A stretch of DNA of 64,000 nt from Vicugna vicugna (GCA_013265495.1 MU058844.1:11430184-11494183), one strand, 5' to 3'. Shown: positions 1 to 14,029, numbered from the stretch's first letter. Numbers and translations are program-made. The notes: a model not told the origin generated them from the sequence alone.

Positions 1-987
1 TCCAATAATAAGTGTTTAACTTATCTAATCCATTAAAAAGTGTCTTTTTATTTTTCTTTCAAAGAATTCTTATCTCTAATTATTGTTTTAAGATGGAGCC
101 ACTTATAGGACATATGTGTTATTCTGCAAAAATACAACACAGGATGACGCACGATGTCATTTATTCTGTTTGAAATAAATCTTCTTGAAGATACATTACA
201 AGCAATTTCATTAGAAGGGTTTTTGAGAGTCTGGTCTTTGGATTGATTATTTTAATATTCTTGGCATGTATTATAAAGTAATTTGTTACAATTCTTACAG
301 AATTTGGACTTTAAGAATGGAACTAAATTAATTCTGAGCCTGACAATGCTGCTGAATCATATGAGACCTTGCCAACAATGCACAGCCTATGATATTAGAT
401 CAGATAGAATTTTGTATAAAATATCCATTTAAACTTTTGTTTAATTTTTTAAAAATTTAAATATAAGAAACGTAGATTAAAGAGTATACACTGTAGGGTG
501 ATTTTAATAATAATTTTATGCTTGAGTTTTATTAGATGTTAAGGAAATATGGTGACCCACGTGCTTTGCCTACAAAAACAGATGAATAGAACATAACTTG
601 GTTCCAGTTCTCTGCAGTAGTTATAACGGAAAGAGATTTCCCTAAGTCCAGAAGCGTCATAGGAAGCAGATGAAAACAGAAGTCCCAGATCAAATTCACT
701 CTTTGATCACATCTTTCACCTAGAGAATTTAAGAAATTTTAGGTATTCTCTAGACGTCTACAGATAGAAATCCTCAGAGGCCAAAAAGACTTTAGACACC
801 AAGTTATCAGCAATGGCCAAAAAAAACCCCAACACTTTTACACATGGTATAGACAAGATCAACTCACCCTTTGGACTTTAGGCAAAGTATATCTTAATTA
901 TTCAGCCACAATGTTGGCTGCTCGCCACAGAATGTTTAAGAATGGAAATACTGATATGCTAATATGCTTATGCTAATTTTCTTATCT

Positions 988-1412
988 GTGGGAAACTGCT
1001 AGCTGTTTCCTAACATCCTTCTCTCCTTCATAATAATATGATTGTAGCTGAGCAAGTGACTGCCCAGCTAGAGACAATGTTTCCCAGCTCACCCTGCAAC
1101 TGGATATGGTCATGTAACCATGTTCACCCAATGGAATGTGAGCTTAATGGCCACCTCCTCCTCACTTCCCTAAAATAAATTGATGCCTCTGCTTGGTGTT
1201 CTTATTACCTTTCATGTGTGGCTGGTGATCTAGCTTCGACCACATAGACAAGCAAACTACCTTTGAGGGCATGGAAACCTGGCAGGAGGACCATTTCCTA
1301 AAGCAGGTCTGCCTCACCAGGTCCAATTGAGTAACTGAATTCCATGGTATCTGAATAACCATATTTGAGGATCTTATTGATAAAGCAACTTAGCCTTTAC
1401 CCTAAGAAATAC
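988..1412 (+). mobile_element. ERVL solo LTR, LTR33-like
   Basis: agctgagcaagtgactgcccagctagagacaatgtttcccagctcaccctgcaactggatatggtcatgtaaccatgttcacccaatggaatgtgagc resembles the recalled LTR33 core; boundaries approximate. Confidence 0.7.
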
Positions 1413-1802
1413 AACTATCCTTATCCTGTATCAGTATAGTACCCTATACTGTGAAATTCTTAAAGGAAAGAACAATGACTTACTTATTTAGTCCAGGACC
1501 AGGATCATAGTAACATTCAAGAAATCTATACTGAATAGACAAGGAAGAATCCTCTCAAAGAGTTACCAATATTTTCTTCAGTCTACCACAGAGTCACACC
1601 AAAAAATAACTTCATATATTTGAGGATAGTAATCATATCACTCCTCCACTCTCCAGGCTAAATGCCAATTCTGTTAAACATTCCCTGTAAATTTACTTCT
1701 CAGCACTTTAATTATTAGGTCACTGTCACTCTTCTCTGGATTCTATTCAGTTTCCCAGCATTTCTTTAAAATGTAATGATCAAATCTGCACAGAAACCGT
1801 AC

Positions 1803-2280
1803 AGTAAAGGAGTTCAGAGCATGCCACCCCAAAATATCCTGCATTGGCAAACTGACTATTTTGAGTTAAAGGCACTTGAAAAATTGCGAATATAAAAACA
1901 ACACTCTAACTTCCCTTCTTTTTCTTAAAAGCAGCAGATAAAATTCCAATGTGAAAAAATGTCCTAACAGAAGGAAAGAAATATTTTTATTAAAGACGAG
2001 AAGTTGAGACTGAGAGAATTCTATTTAAACCTTGCTAAAATCATTTTTATCTTTTCAGTTCCCCACATAGTTTAGTCACTTTTCTACAATTTCTTCTCTT
2101 TGTTCAATCTAAGATAAAGATTAGTGGGTTTTGCTATTTCTGTGGGTCTTCATTCCTTATGAAGGCTCCATGTCATGTAAAATTTAATATAAGTCTGTAT
2201 GCTTTTTTCCTGCTAATCTGTTTCATGTCAGTTTAATTCTCAGCCCCTGCTGAAAAACCCTAAGAGAGTCCAGGGAAGAC
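1803..2280 (+). mobile_element. ERV1 solo LTR, MER34-group-like
   Basis: Start gtaaaggagttcagagcatgccaccccaaaatatcc...tgactattttgagttaaaggcacttgaa and end cctgctaatctgtttcatgtcagtttaattctcag are typical of MER34-type LTRs. Confidence 0.75.
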
Positions 2281-2719
2281 AGGAAGAATCTGACTGATGC
2301 AAATTAGAATGGAAGGATTATTTTCTAATTCCTCTCTGCAACAGTCAAGCATATTTTACTACATTAGTAAGAACGGTTAGTTGCACACCACAGAATCACG
2401 GTAATAACTAATGCTTACTTCATAACACACAGAAACCCTCTACTCTTTCTCTAAGCTATGTATTTGCTACTATAAATTATTGTCTTTACTATTACTACCT
2501 ACTTGCTGATATGTCTTCTTTTGAATTCCATTATGTTTTTATGAACTATATCATTTTTATTATTTATAAATATAGTAGCATTTGACTTATTCTACCAGGT
2601 TATCATTAAAACATCAAACAAGATAGGAAAGAGCTCTGTGAATTACCATCTGAAATGTTACGTAGGCTGATCCAGTGCCACTGATAATTATCAATACTGT
2701 CATTTGTTGGGTATCAAGA

Positions 2720-3196
2720 TGTGAGTCACTTTAGGGATTGCATTCAACTCCACATAATAAAACCTGCTTTAATCAAATGGAGTTTATTTCTCTCACCTAA
2801 TAATAAACCTGGGAAGGGAATAAAGGAATAAATTGAGATTGGCATAGCCACTCCACATGCCAGACTTCTGTTCTTGTTTTTTGTCTTTGCTTTGTCATCC
2901 TTAGAGTAGGTCTCTCATCCTAATTATTGGAAGGTGGCTGCCACACACATATAACAGGGCAGAAGGCACATTCCACTGTGTCTACCCCTCTTAATCAGAA
3001 TAACAATGATTTTCCCATAAGCCCCACCCCATAGATTTCTGCCAGCATGACATGAGGTGACCACCCACAGCTAAACAGGAATTCCAGAAGGCAAATATTT
3101 GAACTGGACACATTGCCTCCCCAACCAAATTTGGAATGTGTTAATAAAGAAGAGGGGGAAATTAGCAATGGGTGGACAATTTTCCATATCTGCCAT
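2720..3196 (-). mobile_element. Old MaLR LTR (MLT1J/K/L-like)
   Basis: ttagggattgcattcaactc...gtttatttctctcac start and gggtggacaatttt...tctgcca end; highly diverged. Confidence 0.55.
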
Positions 3197-3949
3197 GTTT
3201 TATACTATGAGAGTCCAGATTACAATGCCTAGATTATGCACAAGAGTTTATCATTGGGCAGAATAAAAAATGAAATCAATAATTATCTCTTCTTTCCATT
3301 AATAAGCATAACTACGTCTTCACTAACCATGCTCTATATAACACATATTACAGCAAAATTACTGTTTGATAATCATTTTGGTTTTTATGCAAAGGTGTAA
3401 TTTCTGAAATTTCTGTTTTACTCCTTATTAAAAAATACTTCAGGAGTTCCCCTTAACAAGCCCTCTGGCAACATGAGGCCTGTGCTGTCAAGGAATACTC
3501 AGAAAAAAATAAAACCATTTATTTAAAACTATTTGGGATCTCACTTCTGAACTGAAGTCCCCACTTTGAAGGTCCTCTTCCTTCCCCCAGGTAGGAAATT
3601 CTTGAGAAGACGATGGATGTGGATTCATTGAGTCTCCATCAATTGTGTCTATTTAAATGGTTTAGAACTGCTCCGTCTGATGTGGGACACTACCAGCATG
3701 CAAGGCTCTTCAGAGATGTATTCTTTATATTTGCTTTTTTGCAAGTAGTTTACATAGGCCACACGGTCATCATTCAAGTGGGAACAGTAAGCTTTTACAG
3801 TGGGTATCTTCTCTATTTTGGTGTGGCTGCTTAATCCATTCCCCAATCTAGGGAATTAAGGAAGAATCTCAATGCCTGCTGAATATTTTCCATTCAAGAG
3901 CCCTTTGACAATTTAATATCCCCTAACTAGCACTGGAACACTCTGACCA

Positions 3950-4100
3950 TGTGGCAGGCACAGTAGGAAAATGTCCTGACTTGAAGATTAGATATGCCTG
4001 AGACTGAATTCTCCATTTCCTATCACTGGGTGAGCCTCAACAAGTCACCTGAACTCTCAGTCCCTGTATCCTTTGCTGGGAACTGGGTTTATGGTATCTC
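3950..4100. mobile_element. MIR SINE fragment
   Basis: cactgggtgagcctcaacaagtcacctgaactctcagtccctgtatcc resembles the MIR core. Confidence 0.6.
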
Positions 4101-4999
4101 CTTGCAAGATAAGAGTTACAATGGTCTCTCTCCATTACTGTCAGATTGTACACTCTGTGCCAGAATGACTCACCAGAACTAGGATTTCATAGCAATTATT
4201 TCCAACTTTAGCAAAACTTTACTGCAAGGAACCTAGGAAAAGATCTTCAGCGTGCTTTGTGCCTCTGAAAGTTGACAACCTTTAGGAATTGGTACAGAAA
4301 GGCTGTTATTTTCCATCCTGCTAGGCCCTAGAATTACAGATCTACATGTAAATAGTGGCTTTTGTCGTTTTGAAATTTGTATTGAGTGTTTGGCTAAAAA
4401 TAATGCAATAAATGTTGAAACACTGACAGCTAAGAAGATACAAGCCCAGCAGCTACTCATCGTAATTCCATTCAGATCTCTTTGCCTCACCGGTATGGTT
4501 CCGACTCCTGCTCTGCCTCTTTGTTTATCTCGTATTTCAGATTCTTACTTTCCTTGCATTTATTATATGAGCTGGTGCACTTTAGGTGTTTACTAAGTTT
4601 AACCATAAAGAGAAATTATTGTTTCAAGATTCTGTAAAGCTTCTATTGTAAAGATGGTGCATACACATTATCTTGGGGCTATTTTTTTCAAGTCTTTAAT
4701 TCACTTTGTACTACAAGAAGTCTGATGCCATTATTAAATATGAAACTTCCTCAGTCTGCATAGACTATATGCAATTTGAACTTTAGGATGCACATCAAAT
4801 AGTTATTTGTTCATGAAAATATTTTAAATAATAAGCATGCCATATTTCCCTTTTAACAATAATGATATGCAATAATAGAGCAGCAGAGAGGGAAAACTAT
4901 GACCTTCGCAGTGAGAAACCCAAGGGCTGCTTCAATCTCTGTCTTCCGAATAAAGGATGAGGCTGTATCCTGGGAATTTTCTGCCATATGGGGAAGACG

Positions 5000-5228
5000 T
5001 TATGGCTCACAGACAAGGTCCTCACAAGGACTTCTCCCTGTGCATGGGCATCCCTGGTGTCTCCTTCTCTTCGTAAAAGGACAGCACATTGAATTAGGGC
5101 CCCACCCTTATGACCTCATTTAACTGTAATTATCTCTTTAGAGGCCCTACCTCCAAAAACAGCCACATTGGGGGCTGGCTTTAACGTCTGAATATAGGTT
5201 GGGGGGCACAATTTAGTCCATAATAACA
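5000..5228 (-). mobile_element. MaLR LTR fragment (MLT1B/C/D-like)
   Basis: ttagggccccacccttatgacctcatttaac...ggccctacctccaaa...ggggggcacaatttagtccataa is a characteristic MLT1 segment. Confidence 0.8.
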
Positions 5229-5699
5229 TCTGAGCTGGCTACAGTAGAGGAAAACCTGTTTCCTTTGTAGTTCCCAGCCCCAACATAGCTTTACTGGTGA
5301 AGGAATAAGAAATTTACAGTCCTAGGGTAATTACTGATGCATGTTATACATGGGGTAGGGAAGTGAGGGTGTCATCTGGGCTTCTGAACACACTAGAGGG
5401 GAGACACTCTTTTCTAATTAGGGTTTCAGCAGCGGCTTTCATTCTGGGGAATTATAAAAACCTGCTTATTCTCCATAGTAATGAAGATCAGGTGGAGGAC
5501 ACACACATGCTTGCAACAAATACGTGTTGAGTGCACTGCTGTGCGCTGGCCATGGTGGGCACAGCTCTAATGACATCAGATTCAACCTGCCCATTCATGG
5601 CACTGACACCCTAACAGCCCCTCAATATCTATTAACATTGTGAAGGAGAAATAAAAAAGGTAATATTTCCTTTTTCAAGAAAGAGACTAAGGAGGTAGG

Positions 5700-5850
5700 G
5701 AATAACTTCTTAAGGGTACAGTTTCTTTTTGGGGGGACGGTGAGGAAAATTTTGGAATCAGCGGTGATGGTTGCACAATTCTGTGAAAAAAATTGAATCG
5801 TACACTTCAAAGGGTGAATTTTGCTCTATGTTCATTATATCTCAACACAG
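5700..5850 (+). mobile_element. L1M 3' end fragment
   Basis: gggtacagtttctttt...ggtgatggttgcacaattctgtg...attgaatcgtacacttcaaagggtgaatttt...ttatatctcaa. Confidence 0.8.
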
Positions 5851-6489
5851 CCATTATTTTCTTGTTAAAGGCACTAAGGGGATTCTATACTTTAGCTGTC
5901 TCTTTGTGGATGGCTTCAGCATTTCCCAGCCATTACTGTAAGAACTTCGATTCCTCTAAATTTTTCCCCAGTTAGATGCTGAAGTTTATGAAAAAAACAC
6001 TTGAAACTGTGAAGGCACACTGGGCCCTTATTTTACAGATTTTACGAAGTGGGACTGGGTATCAGTTGACTCAAATGTAGGAGGAAGAAACAGCCTATGT
6101 TCAAATTCTACTTCTGCCTTTTTGGCAGGTTACGTAACCTGTGACAAGTCATCTAATCTCACACTACAGGCACAAAAAAAAAATTATGAGCTAAGTGAAC
6201 TTACTATTCTCATTTCACAGATGAAGAATCAGGCTCAGTCAAGGTCACAGAGTCAGGGACTGAGATATTGATGGTAGGAAGAAATAAAATATAATTAGAG
6301 GAAATGCTGAGGAAAGAAAAAATCTGGCTTAAAATCTTAAAGTCCAATCTCCGTGACTTACTCTACTGCTTCCAGCAAGCTACTTAAGGTCTTCAGGCCT
6401 CAACTTCCTCCCGTCCAAGATGGTGTTTCAGGCATCCGGTGGCGGACAGCAAGCCATCCCCAAACTGAGGGCCCCAAACGACTTCTTGT

Positions 6490-7230
6490 GCTCTCCCCTG
6501 CTTCTGTAGGTTGACTGGGCATAGCTGGGCAGTTCTCACTTGGGGTCTCTCAGGTAGCTGCAGGCAGATGTTGGCCTGGAGCTGCTGTCATCTGAAGACT
6601 TCCCTAGGCTGGATGTCCAGCATGATTTGCACACATGGCTAGCCATGGATTCTGGCTCAGCTATGGCTGTCAACTGTGGCCATTCCGTATGGCTTGGATT
6701 TTTGCAACATAGTAGCTGGGTTCCAAGAGGGAGCATCTCAAACACGGTGCTCCCAGGGACCCAGGTGGAACGTCACTTCTGCTGTATTTTACTGACCAAG
6801 ATGGTCACTCAGGATAGTCCAGACTGAAAAGCAGAGGAATTAGATACCACATCTTACTGTGAAGACAAGCATGCACATATAGCTACGGAAGAGCTTGGTG
6901 ACCATCTTGAAAATTATTGACCATGGTCTGCCCTCTGACCATTGCAATATACTCATCCTCCTCCCAAGAGCCCCAGACTCATTCCATTAAGGGACTGGCT
7001 TGAAGCCCAGGATCTCCCAGTTAAATTAGCCTCAAATACGATTCCTGGGGGTACAGTTCCTCTCAGTGTCCAGATCCACGAACCAACAAGGCTTCTTTGC
7101 TTATGTTGCCCATGTATCCAACAAACAATGGTGACTCAAGCAGAGGATGACAGCCAAAGATACACCCATCCAAAAAGGAAAGGGATGGACAGCACTGGGC
7201 TGTCACTGGTCCACAGCAGTCACTGACACC
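6490..7230 (-). mobile_element. MaLR LTR (MLT1H/F-like) with adjoining internal sequence
   Basis: agctgggcagttctcacttggggtctctc...ggctggatgtccagcatg LTR body, followed at ~6925 by gtctgccctctgacc...catcctcctcc typical of the MLT-int end. Confidence 0.7.
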
Positions 7231-7479
7231 CTCCAAAGTTGACTTCAGTGCCCCACTTATATGCTCATTGAGGGCTACAGGCTTATCTCCATCATTAAAA
7301 TGATGAAATTTCACATAATCACTTGTTTTCTTTCCTAGCTTGTCCACTAGGTGGCAAGGATTTTGAGAACAATGACTGTCCTGTTTATCACTGTTCACCT
7401 ACCACACAGCACTTAACAGATGCTTAATCGGAATTTGTTGAGTCAATTAAAGCTCACCAGAGAGAACTACAAAGAGCCT

Positions 7480-7837
7480 GGGCGAGGTGTGGTAAGCTGG
7501 GGAGCCCCAGCAGGGGCTGTTTGTTCCAAGTTCTCTCGTGTCCCATTATCTCTGAATGGCCTGGCAAACATTTGTTTACCAAACATTTGCTCTTCCCATC
7601 TTTCTGTGAATTGTCTTTCCTTCCTTTGCAGCCCCAGGCCTCTCCCACCTTCTCCATACCTCAGGATGGCACGTAAGCCTCAGTCACCTGACTGTCTGGG
7701 GGCCTCCCATGTCTCCGTGCAGCTTCTGTATGTACAAACTTAAATTTTTTTTTCTATTAAGTCTGTCTTACGTCAGTTTAACTATTAGACTAGTCAAAGG
7801 AACCCAAAAAGGTAGAGGAAAATTTGCCGCCCCGACA
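7480..7837 (+). mobile_element. ERV1 solo LTR, MER34-group-like (5' boundary unclear)
   Basis: aaacatttgtttaccaaacatttgc and gtctgtcttacgtcagtttaactattagac...ggtagaggaaaatttg...ca are shared with the copies at 45137 and 56292. Confidence 0.7.
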
Positions 7838-8369
7838 CCCTCGTGTATAAAGGAGCATAATAGTACTTGCTTTCTAGAAGTCTTATAAGGACCAAATCTC
7901 TAACGTTCCCCATTGCCAAGCCCTGAAACACTGCGGATGGCTCTCTTTCCTCTCTTCCTCCTCTGATCTCTGATTATCTTAACTACTCATAAAAGATAAA
8001 AACAAAAATTATGGGGAAGTGTTGTCATGCTTTACCAGACTCTCATGTTTTATCTTGGAATAAATTCAAGACCTCTGCTGATTAAACATTCTTTCATGTT
8101 ATTATCTTTCTAAGCTGACTTTTATTCATTCTTTATTTTTACTTATTAGATCTTAAATTAGTTGTCACTCCATGTAAAAATCTTCTCTTTCTTTTCACCT
8201 TAATCAATCCCTTTTTCATAGTTACTTTCCTAAACTATTGCCAAGACCTTGAGAGCAAAGCAGGGAATGCTTAACTCACACCAACTTACATGTTCCTCTG
8301 CATCTTCTCTGGGTTTATTCTAGAAAGTATAGTTAAGGAATTCCAAGGTTTGATATCAAGAAATAGCAA

Positions 8370-8610
8370 TAATATACACTTTCTGAGCACTTACTACACG
8401 ACAACCATTGTTCTAAGTGTTAACTATGCATTACCACCTTTAATTTTCACAGCTCTTCAAGACAGGTATTATAACCATCCAAAAACAATGTGGAAGATGA
8501 GGTACGAATAATTAAATCGAATGACACACAAGTCTAGAAATGTTTCAGAGTCAGCGAGCCAGGATTTTAATCCTATCTGCCTCACTCCAAAGATTCCAAG
8601 TTTAATCATT
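8370..8610. mobile_element. MIR SINE
   Basis: ctgagcacttactac...tttaattttcacagc...gagccaggattttaatcctatctgcctcactccaaag. Confidence 0.7.
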
Positions 8611-9288
8611 AGGCAGATTCCTGTTTAAACTCATGATAGCGTTAGGTTATTAAAACAATTTCCAACTATTATGTAAGAGGGTAATTCCACGATTACCGAA
8701 TCATTGAGTGGAATTTTTACCTGGTGCTACCAAAAGAAGTATAGTATTGAAATATTACCATCATCATCTGATATTTTAACCATCTTCACTCTATCATCAA
8801 ATTTTTGTGCATCGTTAGCCATCAGACTCCATGCCCTAGTCACATCATCAAAAATGTTTCAGAAAAAATCAGTTCTATCAGCTACCACATATTAAAATCT
8901 AATCTTTGTCACTACATTTCTATATATTTGATGGTGGCAAAGGATGAAGCCATGAGAGTGTATAGCCTTGTCCAGCCTTTAAATCTTTATCTTTACAGTG
9001 ATATCTCTGTTCCCTAGATGTGAAAGCAAATATGAGTAAACCATCCATCTCTTCTAAGTCAATTATTTCATGTAATGCTTGGGAAATTATATTTGTTGCT
9101 ATTAGGACAAGCCAAAATCTCTGATTCTTCTGTCAACAGCTTTTGACCTAAAATCACTAGAAAAAAACAAACTCACTAGTTACAGTTCAATCAGACTGCT
9201 ATGATTTTTAGGAAGATGGCAGGTGCTAGCCATAAAGGATATTGATAATTACAAGGGAGGAAAAATACAGATCACTAAAAACAGAAGC

Positions 9289-9383
9289 GGAAGGGCATAG
9301 CTCAAGTGGTAGGGTGTATGATTAGCATGCATGAAGTTGTGAGTTCAACCTCCACTACCTCCTCTAAAAATGAACAAGTAAAC
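9289..9383 (+). mobile_element. tRNA-derived SINE, camelid Vic-1-like
   Basis: A-box tagctcaagtgg and B-box-like gagttcaacct; flanked by a perfect 14-bp TSD ctaaaaacagaagc (9275-9288 and 9384-9397). Confidence 0.85.
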
Positions 9384-9875
9384 CTAAAAACAGAAGCAAC
9401 AAAAGAGATTACATTTGGCAGCCAGCCTTTTTCTATATATTTCATTTGATTGGCATTCCTCTATGACCAATTCTTAGTTAAACCTAGAATTTTTTGGACA
9501 AAAGTTTGCAAACTTTTGATTCAAAAAAACCTCAGAGATTTTAAGAGACACAAACAGTATTTCACCGGGAAGAAATTATATTTTACTGACATAAAACTTG
9601 GGATACTGAGGTTGAAGAAGGGAAGGCAGAAGGCAGGATGTAAATTAGAAGCAAAAACCAATGATGCTCAAGTTGGTAGATCTGGAGCAGGGCGATGCTT
9701 AAGAGCCAAAGGAGAATGTCTGCAGAAGGAAACAGGAATAACTCAAAGCCAAAGCTGAAATGGCTTCCTCGATTTCCAACTGGTTGCTTCTCTCCTACAA
9801 TTTTGCACAGACTGGACGGGGGTGGGAGGAAGGATGCTGGTGAAGAAGCAACATGAGTAAGGTCCCACAATCCCC

Positions 9876-10356
9876 TGTGCATTAATTTCCCGTAGCCGCT
9901 GTAACAAATTACTGCAAACTTGTCATCACCAAACAAGACAGAAATTTATTCTTTCACAGTTATGGAGGTCCGAAGTCTAAAATCAAGGAGTCAGTAGGGT
10001 TGTGCTCCATCCAGAGGCTCTAGGGGAGTTTCTGTTCCTTGCACTTCCAGCTTCTGGTAGCGGTTGGCATCCCTAGACTTTTAGCTGCGTCACTCCAGTC
10101 TCTGCCTACAGGGTTACATTGTCTTCTTTTTCTGCTGTTTGTCTCAAATCTCCCTGCCTTTCTCTTAATACAGACACTTACTGAATTTAGGGTTCACCCA
10201 GATAATCTAGGATGATTTCATCATCTCAATATTCTTAACTCTGCATCTGCAAAACTCATTTTTCCAAATAAGCTACTATCCATTGGTTCCAAGGATTTAA
10301 CATGGATGCGTCTCTTTTTCTGGAGTGGGAGGGGGGATTCCATTCAATCAATTACA
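9876..10356 (-). mobile_element. MaLR solo LTR (MLT1C/D-like)
   Basis: gctgtaacaaattactgcaaac...cagaaatttattctttcacagttatggaggtccgaagtctaaaatcaagg...ccagaggctctagggga; near full length. Confidence 0.85.
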
Positions 10357-12989
10357 CCCTGATTGAGTATTCCTACCAAATACAATCACTGAAGAAGTGA
10401 AACAGTACCTTTTCCTGGTGATGCTTTTCTCTCCTTCAAATGAGTTTGAACTTAGTCTTCCCTTCGTGTGGGCAGGGGAGGCCAGGTAGAAGGAAAGAGA
10501 AGCATCCAGCTACACTTTACAAAGATGGACTTTTCTCCATCACAAATGAAATCCTGGCTCTTTGAAAATATTCTAAGGATGCATACTTACTAAGATATTA
10601 CCAACAGAAACCTATCAAAAAAAATTTTTTTCCATTACCAAAAAGAATTTTCTTAGGACAAGCTGAAACTTAGAGCAAGTCTCTACTCTTTCTAGCCACC
10701 AGAGATTTACTGAGTGTCTATAACAGTCATAAATAACCCCTGGCTTGAACAAACTAAAAGAAAAATATCTAATCTACACTCATAACCTGGAGTAAATCAT
10801 GCCCCTGAACACCTGGCTTGATGTGATATAAAAATGTCATTGTCTTCCCACACTGGGCATATTCGATCCTCAACCAGGGATGTTAGAAGCTTAGTCAAGT
10901 TCCCAACAATAGACGTGAAGGACGCATTTTTGTTGACCAAAGGGTTGCTTCTCTATTCTTATCTAACACAATGCTCCTATTTGCTTCCCTAAAGCATATG
11001 GCCAAGGGCTTCAGAAGGAGTTATAAATACTAATTACAATTAGACCCACAAACTGAGTTTCATAAAATCAAATTATAAATAATGGAACTGACTTTATGAA
11101 AGTCATCATGCTTCTTGGCAAACTGATAGTAGAAAGTGGGCATAAAAACTCCAAGATTTTAACTCTTGTCATCTTTATTACACCTCGGAAGAAGTCAAAT
11201 ATATATATATCAAACAACAGAAATAGTAACAAGACAAAAACACCTGAGATCTACTTCAAAAACCTACGGAATATCTTGCATCTTGTCTTTTGTCATCACC
11301 TGTATATACACACACTGAGATCAGTAGCTGGCAACAGAAAAATAGAACTGAGTTTAGTTTCCAGTTTATTTTTCAATCTGCAGATGCCTTTTCTCTTAAT
11401 TCAGTATTTGCACCATCACGGAGAGCCTTTTTTTAATTTCACATCCACTCCATAACCTTCATCTGTATGATACTTTAAAGGCAAAGCTAACTTACAAAAA
11501 ACAATTTGCTTTCCTGGAGGGGATGATACAGTGCATACTGATGTGGGAAATTTCCACCTCCAACTCTAAGGGGTTAACAATGGCAAAGAAAGCAACAACA
11601 AGTAGCTCCCTCTCGGTCTCTCTCTCCTCCCTCCATCCTCCCTCACTCTCTCCTTCTCACCCTTTGTAATGCCTACTCCTCTGACCCCCTGTTCCCTGCT
11701 TCCAAATGAGAACCCAGCTGCCAGCACTGTGCTGCGACCGACCCGAGGGGTGGCGTCAAGGACATCCTGCTAGGCAATGAACAGGACCGTTGATCATTCT
11801 TTTTCTTCAGTGTTTGCAGAGAGTCTCTGGGCAAGACAAGTGTCTTTGCTATGCGCAAAGCACAGAGAGTGCTGCAAGGTTCTGGCTTTTTGGAACAAAA
11901 CATTAAGCTTGTGAAGTTGAGAATATTCAGGAGGTTAAAATAGCTGTTTGTGTTTCAGCATTACCGCCTCAGTGAAAGAATGTATGTGTTTACCTCCCAA
12001 ACCTAAAGCCAGAGTCTCCAGAGAACAAATACAAGGGGGAGTCTTTACCCCCACAGTTCTAAATTGAAGCCACCCAAGTGACAAAGCAAAACACTCAGGC
12101 ATAACCATTTTCATCCAATAACTGCACACTTTAGAGACAAAAAGAACAAAAGTGTAGAACACTCAAATTACCATTTGCAAAATAGCCATGAATTTTTAGC
12201 ATACAGCATGCTCCACGGAAGAAATACAAGTTGTTCTTTTAAAGCTCTGGATAAGCTTTTAAAGTTATGGATCTGCAACACAAACAAATTTAAACCTAAG
12301 AAGACATCCCGTTGCCATGACGATGTGATACACCAGCTCCCTGTCGTGATGGATCACGAGCTTTGGGAATATGATCACCCCCGTGTACTTCAGGGTTCTC
12401 TGATAACAACACGCTGCTTTTAAATCTTATTAGTGTATTACTCAGACATTTGTTTTTAGTCTTTAAAAAAAAACACCAGATATAACGTCAGAGGCAAATA
12501 ACCTAGCATAAATAAAAAAGTATTACACATGTTTCTTTCAGAATATTTTTTATCTGATATTTGTAATAACTGTGAACTTACCCACATGAGCTAAATTAGA
12601 GATAAAGAAAATCTACTGTTCAAAAATAAGAAGTATCGTTTGTCAGAATCACTGGTTTTTAATGCTTCCATGAAAAGAAAACCATTTATTAATCTGAAGC
12701 CACAGAAACCTTATTGTGATATATGATTCATTACACAATGGTGCCTACAAATATGCTTTAAAGACAAAACAAAGGAACAGGGGACAGGTTCTAACTTGTC
12801 ACAAATAAGATGACTCAAAAAGAATCTCTTTGGAAGCACAAACAAACAGGGAAAGAAGTTTTTCTCTGTCAAGGCTGATGACAGCTTATCACCAGCCCCT
12901 CACATTCTTCCAGTTTCCTGAGCTTTTCCTTGCCTTCTCCTCGTCTTATTATCTTGGAGGCGATAAGAAATCAGACTCAACTGCATTAC

Positions 12990-13750
12990 TATTCATTCCA
13001 TTCATTCATTCTCAGTCAACATTTAAGAAGCATTTTTACTTTTTAGTAGGAAAAAGACCAGAGAAGAAAAACTCAGCTTAGTGAGGAAGGCAAAAATGAG
13101 AAAAATCGTTTCAGTAGAATCTTTTTAAAGCCCGTCATCCTGAAGATGTGAAGGATTTCGTAAAATCACAAAGGAGTGCAGCGTCCTGGCACAGGTCAGA
13201 CTCAGGAGAGGATGTTGTATTTGAGGTGAGCATTTTCCCAGGCAGAAGGGTGAAAAGGAGAAAGGTCATGCCCAGGAAAGAACATGTACAAAGGCAGAGC
13301 CTTCTGGAATTCCTCCTCTATTTTGAGAAATCTCATTGGGTCTGTTCACCTGGAGTGAGGTGCATATGGGAAAACAGTATGAAAAACATTTGCCATTATA
13401 TGGAGTTTGTACTTTGTCCTGTACAGGAACCCATTAAAAAAAAATGAGAAACTATGCAAAAAAAAAAAAGTCCAAAAAGTGTTTCAGAACACTCACTTGA
13501 ATAGAATGGTGGAGGATTCCTTTGGGTTGAAGTGAGATTGAAGACAGAAAGATTAAGCGGCTCTTTTAACAAGCCAAGGGGGAGAGACTTGAACAAAGGC
13601 AGCACGTATAGAGAGCTTAGGGAAACATTGGCAAAGGTAACAAATCTTGGTAATCTATTGAATGTAGAAGTGAAAGAAGAAATATTTCTGGCAAGAGAGT
13701 TTGAGTGAGAGCTATTATGATTTTCCACAATGAGGAAGATGATTCAGAAG
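12990..13750 (-). mobile_element. L2 LINE fragment
   Basis: attcattccattcattcattctcagtcaacattta L2 tail followed by purine-rich L2-like body. Confidence 0.6.
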
Positions 13751-14029
13751 ACAGTCAGGCCAGATGCATTAGTGAATTATAGAAAAGAATCCAACCAGTG
13801 GACTGTAAGACATGAAGAGGAAAGATCAAATATCAAATGACACTAACAGCTACACGGAAGAGATGCACTGAGGAAGAGGATACAACAAAGGGAAACAAAA
13901 AGTCACGAACCGGAAGCTTTTTTTTTTTCTTCAACAAAGGCATCTCAAAAAGAAAAGAGCCTGCCATATTGAAATGTATTTACGTGATGTTTTAGTGTGA
14001 TAAGGTATGTGCTAATACAAACGAAATGC

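Noticed and set aside
9289..9383. tRNA-like sequences here and at 54971-55057
   Set aside because: They have A-rich tails and TSDs and no complete cloverleaf, so they are SINEs rather than tRNA genes.
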